This document shows positions 14,216 through 21,445 of a stretch of DNA of 21,445 bases, one piece after another. The stretch lies in IMG/VR virus record IMGVR_UViG_2778261069_000007; one strand, 5' to 3'. How positions within the stretch are numbered: position 1 is the first letter of the stretch; each line of letters opens with the position of its first letter. Source of the stretch: a virus (Duplodnaviria; Heunggongvirae; Uroviricota; Caudoviricetes). The translations under genes were made by a program, and so were the position numbers. A model generated the notes under the pieces. The model saw only the letters and a program-made list of their open reading frames with translations, made no database searches and was not told where the DNA came from.

Positions 14216-15685
14216 ATGTCTCAGTTACATGGTGTTGAAACAATTGAACTGACCTCGGGAACTGTGGCGGTGACCACTATCCAGACGGCTATTATCGGTC
14301 TGGTGGGCACGGCACCGGAGTCGTCTGCCGGGAGTGCGGCAGCGGTCACCACCGGGACGCCGATTCTGGATAACGTTCTGAACTTCACAGCAAAGGAGAG
14401 GGGCCGGGCTGGCAATGTTATCCAGGTGGACGCGGTGGCGGCGGTACCAGATACGGAAAGCCCGCAGGCTGTTAACACATCGGCATCCTGGGATGACGTT
14501 ACGCATAAACTGACGGTGACACTGGGCTGTGATGAGCAGGGGGTGATCACGGCGCGACCTGCTGATGTGGTCAGTGTGGTCAATGCGCTGGATGGCGTCA
14601 AAGTTCAGGCCGAAGGCAGTGGCGAGGGGCTGTTGGCAACGTTCAGTGTAAAGCTGGAAGGGGGCGAAGATGAGCCTTTTCCGTTAAATACGCCTGTGGC
14701 TGTGGCGGGCACCGCGCTCATTAATCGTCTGGGAGACAAGGGGACTCTCAAACAGGCGCTGACAGAGATTAATGATCAGCGTAATGCGCTGACAGTGGTG
14801 GTGCGGGTGGCTGATGAAACTGACGGGGCAAAAAAACGGGCAGCCATACTGAAAGGGATTGGGCTTCTGTCATCAGCAAAATCCATTACCACGTATCAGC
14901 CACGTATTGTGATTGCGCCGGGATTCAGTGAGGACGATGCGGTCGGGAAAGCCCTGGAAACGGTGGCCGGAAAATTACGTGCGGTGGCCTATGTTGACTG
15001 TGCTTCCGGAGCAACGTTGCAGGAGGTGGTACAGCGCCGTCAGTCCTATGGTGCCCGTACTGAACTGTTGCGACCGCGTGTTCAGGCTGCCGATGCGGAT
15101 GGCCAGTTAGTGTATCGCCCTTACTCTGCTTTTGCCGCCGGATTACGTGCCCGTATCGACTACGAAAAGGGCTGGTGGTGGAGCAAATCGAACCAGGACA
15201 TCAACAATATCCTCGGAGTGGAGCAGATCGACGAATTTATTCTCGGGGATGAAAACTGCGATGCGAACCTGCTCAACATGCAGAACGTATCCACCATTAT
15301 CCGTCGTGCGGGCTTTAAACACTGGGGAAACCGTCTGTGCGCAACCGATCCGCAGTGGCGTTTTGAATCCGTACGACGTACAGCAGATGTTATCGAGGAC
15401 AGCATTCAGGAAACCATGCTGGAGTATGTTGACCGTCCGCTGGATCGCGAAAATGCCGATGACATTATCGGCACCATTAATGCCTATATGCGACAACTGG
15501 TCGGACTGGGCGCCATCTTCGGCGGTCGGGCCTGGCTGGATGAAGAACTTAATACCGCAGAGAGCATGGCGGCAGGTGTCCTGTATATCAACTATGACTT
15601 TGGACCGAAATCGCCGACTGAACTTATCAGTCTGCGCGTCCGGGTGAATAATAACTATGCGCTTGAGGAGATGCTGGCAGCATGA
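14216..15685 (+). CDS. Contractile tail sheath protein
   Basis: ORF 14141..15685, start ATG 14216 (GGAGAAAGAC upstream); about 490 aa; followed by an overlapping tube gene, the canonical sheath-tube pair. Confidence 0.9.
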   Translation: MSQLHGVETIELTSGTVAVTTIQTAIIGLVGTAPESSAGSAAAVTTGTPILDNVLNFTAKERGRAGNVIQVDAVAAVPDTESPQAVNTSASWDDVTHKLTVTLGCDEQGVITARPADVVSVVNALDGVKVQAEGSGEGLLATFSVKLEGGEDEPFPLNTPVAVAGTALINRLGDKGTLKQALTEINDQRNALTVVVRVADETDGAKKRAAILKGIGLLSSAKSITTYQPRIVIAPGFSEDDAVGKALETVAGKLRAVAYVDCASGATLQEVVQRRQSYGARTELLRPRVQAADADGQLVYRPYSAFAAGLRARIDYEKGWWWSKSNQDINNILGVEQIDEFILGDENCDANLLNMQNVSTIIRRAGFKHWGNRLCATDPQWRFESVRRTADVIEDSIQETMLEYVDRPLDRENADDIIGTINAYMRQLVGLGAIFGGRAWLDEELNTAESMAAGVLYINYDFGPKSPTELISLRVRVNNNYALEEMLAA

Positions 15686-16188
15686 GCGATAAAAATACAC
15701 TACGTGCCTGGACTTTCTTCCGGCAGGGGATCCGTATTCAGGGGGCGCATGAGTTTACGCCGCCATCGCTGACAATCGTGAAAACTGACCTGCGAACTGG
15801 TGCCCAGGATGCACCCACGCCCGTGGATGACGGGATGGAAGCACTGACCTGTCAGGTGAAATTTTACGGTCTGGACACGGATATGCTGGCCAGCTTTGGA
15901 TTTGTCAGTGGCAGTCGTTCCCGCTTTACGGCCTACCAGGGGTATCTCGGCAACGGTACTGCTCGCGGTACTGTTGAGGAAATTGAAGGGTTTATTCAGG
16001 CTGTCACGCCGGATGCGCGGGGTAAGGATAATCTTTCTGAAAATGCCATCACGGTCGATATTGCGGTCAGTTATTACCGACAGACGCTGGATGGTCGTGA
16101 ACTGTTTGCCATTGATACCGAGCGCTTTTCCCGCCGGGTGAATGGTGTCGATATGTTATCGGGTCTGGCGGCAAAAGTTCGTCTCTGA
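15682..16188 (+). CDS. Tail tube protein
   Basis: 168 aa; start overlaps the sheath stop (ATGA); followed by terminator and chaperone. Confidence 0.8.
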   Translation: MSDKNTLRAWTFFRQGIRIQGAHEFTPPSLTIVKTDLRTGAQDAPTPVDDGMEALTCQVKFYGLDTDMLASFGFVSGSRSRFTAYQGYLGNGTARGTVEEIEGFIQAVTPDARGKDNLSENAITVDIAVSYYRQTLDGRELFAIDTERFSRRVNGVDMLSGLAAKVRL

Positions 16189-16213
16189 TTATTCCCGTTC
16201 TTTAACTACCTGA

Positions 16214-16233
16214 CGGCCTGCGGGCCGTTTTTT
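16214..16233 (+). terminator. Hairpin plus T-run after the tube gene (CGGCC-TGCG-GGCCG + T6)
   Basis: Read directly from the sequence. Confidence 0.5.
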
Positions 16234-16246
16234 AATGGAGGTGATT

Positions 16247-16546
16247 ATGCCTTTTCCCGGTGAAACCCGCGTTATCCGATTGTTTTCCCCTGTCACTCTG
16301 GAGGGTGGCGTGATCCTTGAGGAAGTGACGATGCGTGAACCGCTGGTGCGCGATCGTATTGCTCATGCCAAAGATCGCGGTAATGAAGAAGAAAAAGAAG
16401 CCCGGATGATTGCGCTGTTGTGCAACCTCAGTGAAAAGGACATCTGGCAACTGACGGCTGCAGACTATGCGCAACTGCTGGATGCCTTCAATGTTTTTAT
16501 GCTACCGCCCGCGAAGCGTCCGAAAGACACCTCCTCCGGGCGATAA
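16247..16546 (+). CDS. Tail assembly chaperone (P2 E-like); possible frameshift extension, see findings
   Basis: ORF 16235..16546; ATG 16247 has GGAGG five nt upstream. About 100 aa, immediately upstream of the tape measure gene. Confidence 0.7.
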   Translation: MPFPGETRVIRLFSPVTLEGGVILEEVTMREPLVRDRIAHAKDRGNEEEKEARMIALLCNLSEKDIWQLTAADYAQLLDAFNVFMLPPAKRPKDTSSGR

Positions 16547-16648
16547 AACTCCTTGGACGGCGACTGCATTTTCCTATGTCGGACTATCTGGATATGCCGT
16601 TCAGCACTTTCTCTGATTTTCTTACTGATGAACTGGAGACGATGAACC

Positions 16649-18559
16649 GTGGGCGGAATAAGCCAGAATCTTAAAGCCGTTATCACGTTTGGCGGTAACC
16701 TGGACAGTTCATGGAAGCGATCGGCTGACGGTTTACAAAAGAGCCTGAATGATGTCGGGAAACGTTCAGAACGTCTGACAAAGGAGCAGACAAAACTGGC
16801 TGCTGAAATTAAACGCGCGAAACTGGCAGGTGAAAGTCTGGGAAATTTGAAACGCCGTTATAGCGAAGTTTCCAGAGAGATCCGCAAGGCAGAGGCAGAG
16901 CAGCAGAAACTGAATGTCCAGATGCAAAAAGCACAGCGGATTGAGGCATTCAAAGGTGCCGGGAAGGGATTGTTCCGGCGTGGTCTGGGGATTGCCGGTC
17001 AGGTCGGAGGTATGTTCGGTACCGGACTGGCATTTGGTGGCGGTGGTGTGGTGGCCTCAGCGCTCGGCACGCTTATCGCCCCGGCAGCAACGAATGCTGA
17101 AACTGCCACCCGCGCCAGTGTGGCGAAAAGCTACGGTGTGGATGTCGCCACCTTCAGTGCGTGGGACTCCCTGGCCCGGCAGTACGATATGAATGCCGAA
17201 AATATTGGTGACCTTTTTGAGGAGTATCTGCACAAAGCGGGTGAGTATAAGCAAAACGGGAAACAGGGCTCTCTTCAGGATGCCTTTGAAACGCTGGGGT
17301 TTAAAGAGGGCGATTTTGCCGGGCTCAGTGATATGGCGCAGTTCGATAAAATTGTTGAGCGGGCGCTCAGTCTCCAGGATGAGGCAAAAGCATCTTTTGC
17401 GCTGGACTCTCTTTTTGGCGGGGAGGCCAGTAAGCTGCTGATGCTGATCAAACAGTCGGGCAGAAGCTACCGGGAGCTGATGGACGAGCAGCGTCGTTAT
17501 AACCTGGTGACCCGGGAGGGGGCAGAAGGTGCGATTGCCGGTAATCAGGCTATCAGTAATCTGCGCACGGTGTTCTCTTCGGCGGTGGCGGAGATTTCCG
17601 GGCAACTGGGTAATGAGCTGGCACCTGATATCCGGCGATTAACGGACGATTTGGCAGACTGGTTTAAAGGGGGCGGCGTCAGGCGTATTGTCACTTTCCT
17701 GCGTAACGATCTTTATCCCGGGGTGTTGAGCTTTGGTCAGGGCGTGGTTTTTGTTGGCAAAATTGTCTATGCGCTGGCTAAAAAACTGGCCTGGCTGTTA
17801 CCGGATGAGCGTGAAGATCAGCGTGATGTGCTGAAGGCGCTCGCCAGAAGTGGTTCCGTTGACCTTGCCAGACTGACCGCGCAGCGAAGTGGACAGGGGG
17901 AATGGTTTGAACAGCAGTTAACAGCGCATCCGGACTTACCGGAAAAGGTGAAACAGTCCTGGACATCGACACGTGGTTATTTTGGTTTTGATTCGGATGA
18001 TGAGGCATTTAACCAGTCTGTTGATCACTATCTGACCCCGGAAAGCCACGAATCCTTATTAAACTGGAATACCGCTTTACAGCGTAACCAGCGGGAGTCT
18101 GCATCGTTGCCCCCGGTAACAACGGAAAATAACACAGTTATTCATACCACTCCGACGACGACAGAAAACAACACATTTATGCATTACGTTCCGGCAATGA
18201 CGGAGAACAATACCGAAGCCTGGAATAAAGATGTGTTACCTCCCGTCTTTCCTGCTGTTCTACCGGAATTCACATTTTCTTCACGACAACAACAAGCCCC
18301 GGATCCGCGTTCTGCCAGAGAGCAGGAGGACAAAACAGGGGACTACTGGGAAAACCTGCTGCAGAAAATGGACGCACTGGATAAACAGCCGCCATCCAGG
18401 CAGGTTATCGATAACCGGAAGTTTGATTATCACTTCGAAATTAATGCAGCTCCCGGGCAGGATGAAAAAGCCATTGCCGATGAACTGACCACGGTCACCC
18501 GAAATCATCCGGCTTTTAACGGGGACAACCGTCTGACGGATGGAGGACTGGTCTGGTGA
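16649..18559 (+). CDS. Tail tape measure protein
   Basis: 636 aa; GTG start at 16649 directly follows an in-frame stop, so no upstream ATG is possible. Coiled-coil N-terminus and glycine-rich hydrophobic segment (GIAGQVGGMFGTGLAFGGGGVVASALG). Confidence 0.85.
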   Translation: MGGISQNLKAVITFGGNLDSSWKRSADGLQKSLNDVGKRSERLTKEQTKLAAEIKRAKLAGESLGNLKRRYSEVSREIRKAEAEQQKLNVQMQKAQRIEAFKGAGKGLFRRGLGIAGQVGGMFGTGLAFGGGGVVASALGTLIAPAATNAETATRASVAKSYGVDVATFSAWDSLARQYDMNAENIGDLFEEYLHKAGEYKQNGKQGSLQDAFETLGFKEGDFAGLSDMAQFDKIVERALSLQDEAKASFALDSLFGGEASKLLMLIKQSGRSYRELMDEQRRYNLVTREGAEGAIAGNQAISNLRTVFSSAVAEISGQLGNELAPDIRRLTDDLADWFKGGGVRRIVTFLRNDLYPGVLSFGQGVVFVGKIVYALAKKLAWLLPDEREDQRDVLKALARSGSVDLARLTAQRSGQGEWFEQQLTAHPDLPEKVKQSWTSTRGYFGFDSDDEAFNQSVDHYLTPESHESLLNWNTALQRNQRESASLPPVTTENNTVIHTTPTTTENNTFMHYVPAMTENNTEAWNKDVLPPVFPAVLPEFTFSSRQQQAPDPRSAREQEDKTGDYWENLLQKMDALDKQPPSRQVIDNRKFDYHFEINAAPGQDEKAIADELTTVTRNHPAFNGDNRLTDGGLVW

Positions 18560-19026
18560 GTAATTTCATGTCTTTTATTGATGAATTTGGTCAGCAACAG
18601 GCTGAAAACCTGCGTTCGGCAGTAACCACCCGCGTGATGATGATGCTGGGAGATTTTGCTTTTTCGATTGATACGACAGCCTATAACCAGCTGACCCGCG
18701 AAGCAACCTGGCGCTGGAGCGAACAGGAGCGCATTGGTAAGCAGGATCTTCTCCAGTACACCGGAAAGCCGGGGCGTACCGTCAGACTTGAAGGCGAATC
18801 CCATGCCTTTTTTCGAAAAGGTGTTGGCCCCGTCAATGACCTGTTTGCTCTTGCCGACCAGGCGAAGCCACTGCAGCTGGTCAGTGGAGAAGGGGATGTT
18901 CTGGGATGGTGGGTGGTAACTGACTTTACTGACACCACTAACCGGTTCCTGCCGGGAGGTGGTCACCGTAATAAAAACTGGACAATGACACTGAAACACT
19001 ATGCCGACGATATATCAAACCCGTGA
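18556..19026 (+). CDS. Tail protein, P2 gpU-like
   Basis: 156 aa; the motif MMMLGDFAFSIDT...TWRW...RIGK resembles P2 gpU as recalled. GTG 18556 (GGAGGA upstream) or ATG 18568 are both possible starts. Confidence 0.75.
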   Translation: MSNFMSFIDEFGQQQAENLRSAVTTRVMMMLGDFAFSIDTTAYNQLTREATWRWSEQERIGKQDLLQYTGKPGRTVRLEGESHAFFRKGVGPVNDLFALADQAKPLQLVSGEGDVLGWWVVTDFTDTTNRFLPGGGHRNKNWTMTLKHYADDISNP

Positions 19027-19216
19027 CGGTGATGTGCTGGATGCGATTTGCGCCGCGCACTATGGCAGCGAAAATCTCGCTGACACGATAATCCAGGTTC
19101 TGGAGGCAAATCCCGGGCTGGCTGATCGTGGCGCGGTATATCCCTCCGGTCTGTCTGTTATTCTGCCGGAACGGGTGATCCCGGTTGTGGAGTCTGCTTT
19201 CAGCTTATGGGATTAA
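19001..19216 (+). CDS. Tail protein, P2 gpX-like
   Basis: 71 aa; DGDVLDAICAAHYG...ANPGLA...LPE pattern resembles P2 gpX as recalled. Confidence 0.75.
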   Translation: MPTIYQTRDGDVLDAICAAHYGSENLADTIIQVLEANPGLADRGAVYPSGLSVILPERVIPVVESAFSLWD

Positions 19217-19217
19217 T

Positions 19218-20336
19218 ATGGTTTCTCAGACGATGACTCCTGAATATGCGCCAGCATTCCGCATAAAGGCAGAAGGGAAAGATATTACCCGCATACTTGA
19301 GCAATGCCTTTCTGAACTGACGCTGACAGATTACGGTGGCGCGACCGCCAGAGCCGATGAACTGAAAATTACCCTGCTTTCTGAAACGCTGACACTTCCG
19401 CCCAGAGGGGCGCGACTACAGGTTGCGCTGGGATTTAATGAGCAGCTTGTCGATAAAGGCTGGTTTGTTGTCAGCGGAGTTGCCAGCAGTGGGCCACCGA
19501 GGCGCATTGAAATTTATGCCACCGCAGCGCCCATGAATGCACGCAAGCAACCCGGTGACGTCACCAGTCAGAAAACACGAAGCTGGGATAACATTCGTCT
19601 GGAGGATGTGGTGAAAACCGTGGCCACCGATAATGGCCTGATCCCCAGAGTCGCTGCCGCGCTGAAAGATATTCACATTAACCACATCGACCAGGTGGCT
19701 GAATCTGATGCTAACCTGCTGTCCCGGCTTGCCCGCATCTACAACGCGGTGAGTAAACCTTCCGGTGGTTACTGGCTTTTTCTGCCGCAGGGGGCGACAG
19801 CGACAGTTTCCGGTAAACAGATTGACAGTATCACCATTACGCCTGCAGACGTGACAACGTGGTCATACAGTGAAGGTGAGCGGGGGAGTTCCACGGGTAA
19901 AGTCACGGAAAGCGGGGGTAAAGCAAAAGAGAAAATCGGGGTTCGCTATTACGATGAAGTGGATGGCAGGACAAAAACCGCAGCGGTCGAACATGACGGA
20001 CCGGCAATGACCAACCCGTATACCCAGTCAGAAAAGGATACGGCAGAGAAGCAGGCGAAAGCACGAAAAACACAGGCAAGACGGAATGAGCAGAAAATGA
20101 CGCTCACCGGCCCCTGCCGACCACAGCATATTCCCCTGACGGCAGAAGCAGGGGGGGCAACCTCAGGATTTGGTACCCGGGAAGACAGAGCCTGGGTGGT
20201 TGAGTCGCTGGTCTTTTCACTGACCGCTGCCGGATTCAGTTATACCTGCAATCTGGTGGTGGATATTCACAAACCACAAAAATCAGCAAAAAAATCGAAG
20301 CAACAGGATAAAACTGGTCCGGCTTACTTCGGTTAA
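19218..20336 (+). CDS. Tail/baseplate hub protein, P2 gpD-like (late control D family)
   Basis: ORF 19185..20336; ATG 19218 lies one nt after the X stop; about 372 aa. Confidence 0.8.
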   Translation: MVSQTMTPEYAPAFRIKAEGKDITRILEQCLSELTLTDYGGATARADELKITLLSETLTLPPRGARLQVALGFNEQLVDKGWFVVSGVASSGPPRRIEIYATAAPMNARKQPGDVTSQKTRSWDNIRLEDVVKTVATDNGLIPRVAAALKDIHINHIDQVAESDANLLSRLARIYNAVSKPSGGYWLFLPQGATATVSGKQIDSITITPADVTTWSYSEGERGSSTGKVTESGGKAKEKIGVRYYDEVDGRTKTAAVEHDGPAMTNPYTQSEKDTAEKQAKARKTQARRNEQKMTLTGPCRPQHIPLTAEAGGATSGFGTREDRAWVVESLVFSLTAAGFSYTCNLVVDIHKPQKSAKKSKQQDKTGPAYFG

Positions 20337-20342
20337 TCCATC

Positions 20343-20360
20343 GCGCCATCCGGCGCTTTT
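20343..20360 (+). terminator. Weak hairpin plus T4 between D-like and W-like genes (GCGCC-ATCC-GGCGC + TTTT)
   Basis: Read directly from the sequence; short T-run. Confidence 0.3.
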
Positions 20361-20376
20361 GTAACGGAAAATCATC

Positions 20377-20730
20377 ATGAACGGTGTAAACAGCCGGACA
20401 GGCAAACGTCTGTCTGGCGTGGCGCATTTGCGCCAGTCTGTCCGGGACATTCTGACCACGCCCGTCGGGAGTCGTGTGCTGATCCGTGACTATGGCAGTG
20501 AACTGTTTTCGTTGCTGGATAACCCACGGGATGACCTGACGCGTCTGCGGATAATCGCCGCTTCAGCGACTGCACTGGCTCGCTGGGAGCCGCGTTTAAA
20601 GGTGACGCGGGTGATGGTCACCTTCCCGGCGGGCGAATCCGGTTGTGTTCTGGATATCGAAGGGATCAACAAAGAAGACGGCTTACCCGTCAGAACAGGA
20701 GAAATAACGCTAAATGCCCAACAGTTATGA
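20377..20730 (+). CDS. Baseplate assembly protein W (P2 gpW / T4 gp25 family)
   Basis: 117 aa; the motif ILTTPVGSRVLIRDYGS matches the conserved core of gpW as recalled. Confidence 0.85.
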   Translation: MNGVNSRTGKRLSGVAHLRQSVRDILTTPVGSRVLIRDYGSELFSLLDNPRDDLTRLRIIAASATALARWEPRLKVTRVMVTFPAGESGCVLDIEGINKEDGLPVRTGEITLNAQQL

Positions 20731-21421
20731 TGTGATCAATCTGTCGGAACTCGCTGTTCCTGATGCGCTTGTAGTGCCGGATGCCGCAGAGATTTTCTCC
20801 CGATGGCTGGCACGTCTGCAGGAGCTGGATCCGCAGTTTGATGCGCTGGTAGAGTCCGATCCGGCGTTTAAACAGGGAGAGGTGAATGCATATCAGCTGA
20901 CGCTGGCCTTTCAGCGTGTCAATGATGCAGTGCGGGCAGTATTTCTTGCCAGCGCCAGAGGCGCAGACCTTGATCAGATTGGCGCTGCCTTCAATGTTAA
21001 ACGCCAGGTTATCAGACCGGGTGATCCGGATGCCGTTCCCCCCGTCGAAGTGGAACTGGAAGATGACGGCGCATTTCGTGAACGTATTCAGTTGTCCTGG
21101 GCACAGCTAAATACGGCGGGTGCCCGCAACGCTTACCGCTTCCATGCGAAATCGGCGGATACCGATGTGCTGGATGCTGAAGCTTATGGCCCCGAAACAC
21201 ACAGCCGCCCGGGGTGTGTTGATGTGTATGTGCTTTCCCGTACGGGAGACGGAACAGCAGCTGCAACACTGCTGGATAAAGTTAACAGCACACTGAATGC
21301 CGATGAAATCCGTCCATTTGCGTATTCCGCTCTATTCGATCACGGATTGGCATCGAAGTCCGATCAGCGATTCGCATCCATTCGATCAACCGGGAACTTA
21401 ACTTTTTCTACCGCTTTTTAA
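20714..21421 (+). CDS. Baseplate protein J-like, apparently C-terminally truncated or divergent
   Basis: 235 aa against about 300 for P2 gpJ; the first 200 aa or so follow the gpJ pattern (INLSELAVPD...NDAVRAVFLASARGADLDQIGAAFNV), then a non-J-like 30-aa tail ends 24 nt before the window edge. Confidence 0.75.
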   Translation: MPNSYDVINLSELAVPDALVVPDAAEIFSRWLARLQELDPQFDALVESDPAFKQGEVNAYQLTLAFQRVNDAVRAVFLASARGADLDQIGAAFNVKRQVIRPGDPDAVPPVEVELEDDGAFRERIQLSWAQLNTAGARNAYRFHAKSADTDVLDAEAYGPETHSRPGCVDVYVLSRTGDGTAAATLLDKVNSTLNADEIRPFAYSALFDHGLASKSDQRFASIRSTGNLTFSTAF

Positions 21422-21445
21422 CGCGTTTTTTCGCTGCTTTCCACT

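Larger units (their letters stand above)
1..21445 (+). mobile_element. Prophage late region (lysis, packaging, head, contractile tail); mosaic of lambda-like lysis/head and P2/Mu-like tail modules
   Basis: Contiguous co-oriented genes whose translations resemble lambda S/R/Rz, Nu1/A-type terminase, portal, ClpP-capsid fusion, tail sheath/tube, tape measure and P2 U/X/D/W/J. Neither phage end nor attachment site is visible. Confidence 0.9.

Noticed and set aside
15143-15700. 185-aa minus-strand ORF and 171-aa + strand alternative frame inside the sheath gene
   Set aside because: Shadow ORFs; the sheath frame is continuous, has an RBS and is coupled to the tube gene.
1-21445. CRISPR arrays, integrase, transposase or IS elements
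   Set aside because: No regularly spaced direct repeats, no tyrosine or serine recombinase-like ORF and no transposase-like ORF were seen; the window is the interior late region of a prophage.

Overview
This window reads as the late (lysis + virion morphogenesis) region of a mosaic tailed prophage of an enterobacterial host, almost all on the + strand. Order: an AT-rich minus-strand accessory gene running off the left edge; a small winged-helix-like ORF; a beta-class DNA methyltransferase; a convergent pair of unknown accessory genes; a lambda-like lysis cassette (holin S, endolysin R, Rz/Rz1); a moron lipoprotein; lambda-like packaging and head genes (small and large terminase, W-like, portal, a fused ClpP-protease/capsid ORF, decoration-like); four neck genes including a gpV-like spike; then a P2/Mu-like contractile tail module (sheath, tube, chaperone with a possible frameshift, tape measure, U-, X-, D-, W- and J-like), with the J-like gene apparently cut short at the right edge. 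No tRNA, rRNA, CRISPR array, integrase or transposase was seen. The most likely location for an undescribed system is the low-GC accessory DNA between the methyltransferase and the holin (2183-3211) and the AT-rich gene at the left edge; neither resembles any family I can name. All homology statements are from reading the translations and recalling known phage proteins; no search was run. The ORF track appears to accept GTG/TTG starts, so several starts were re-chosen by RBS inspection.
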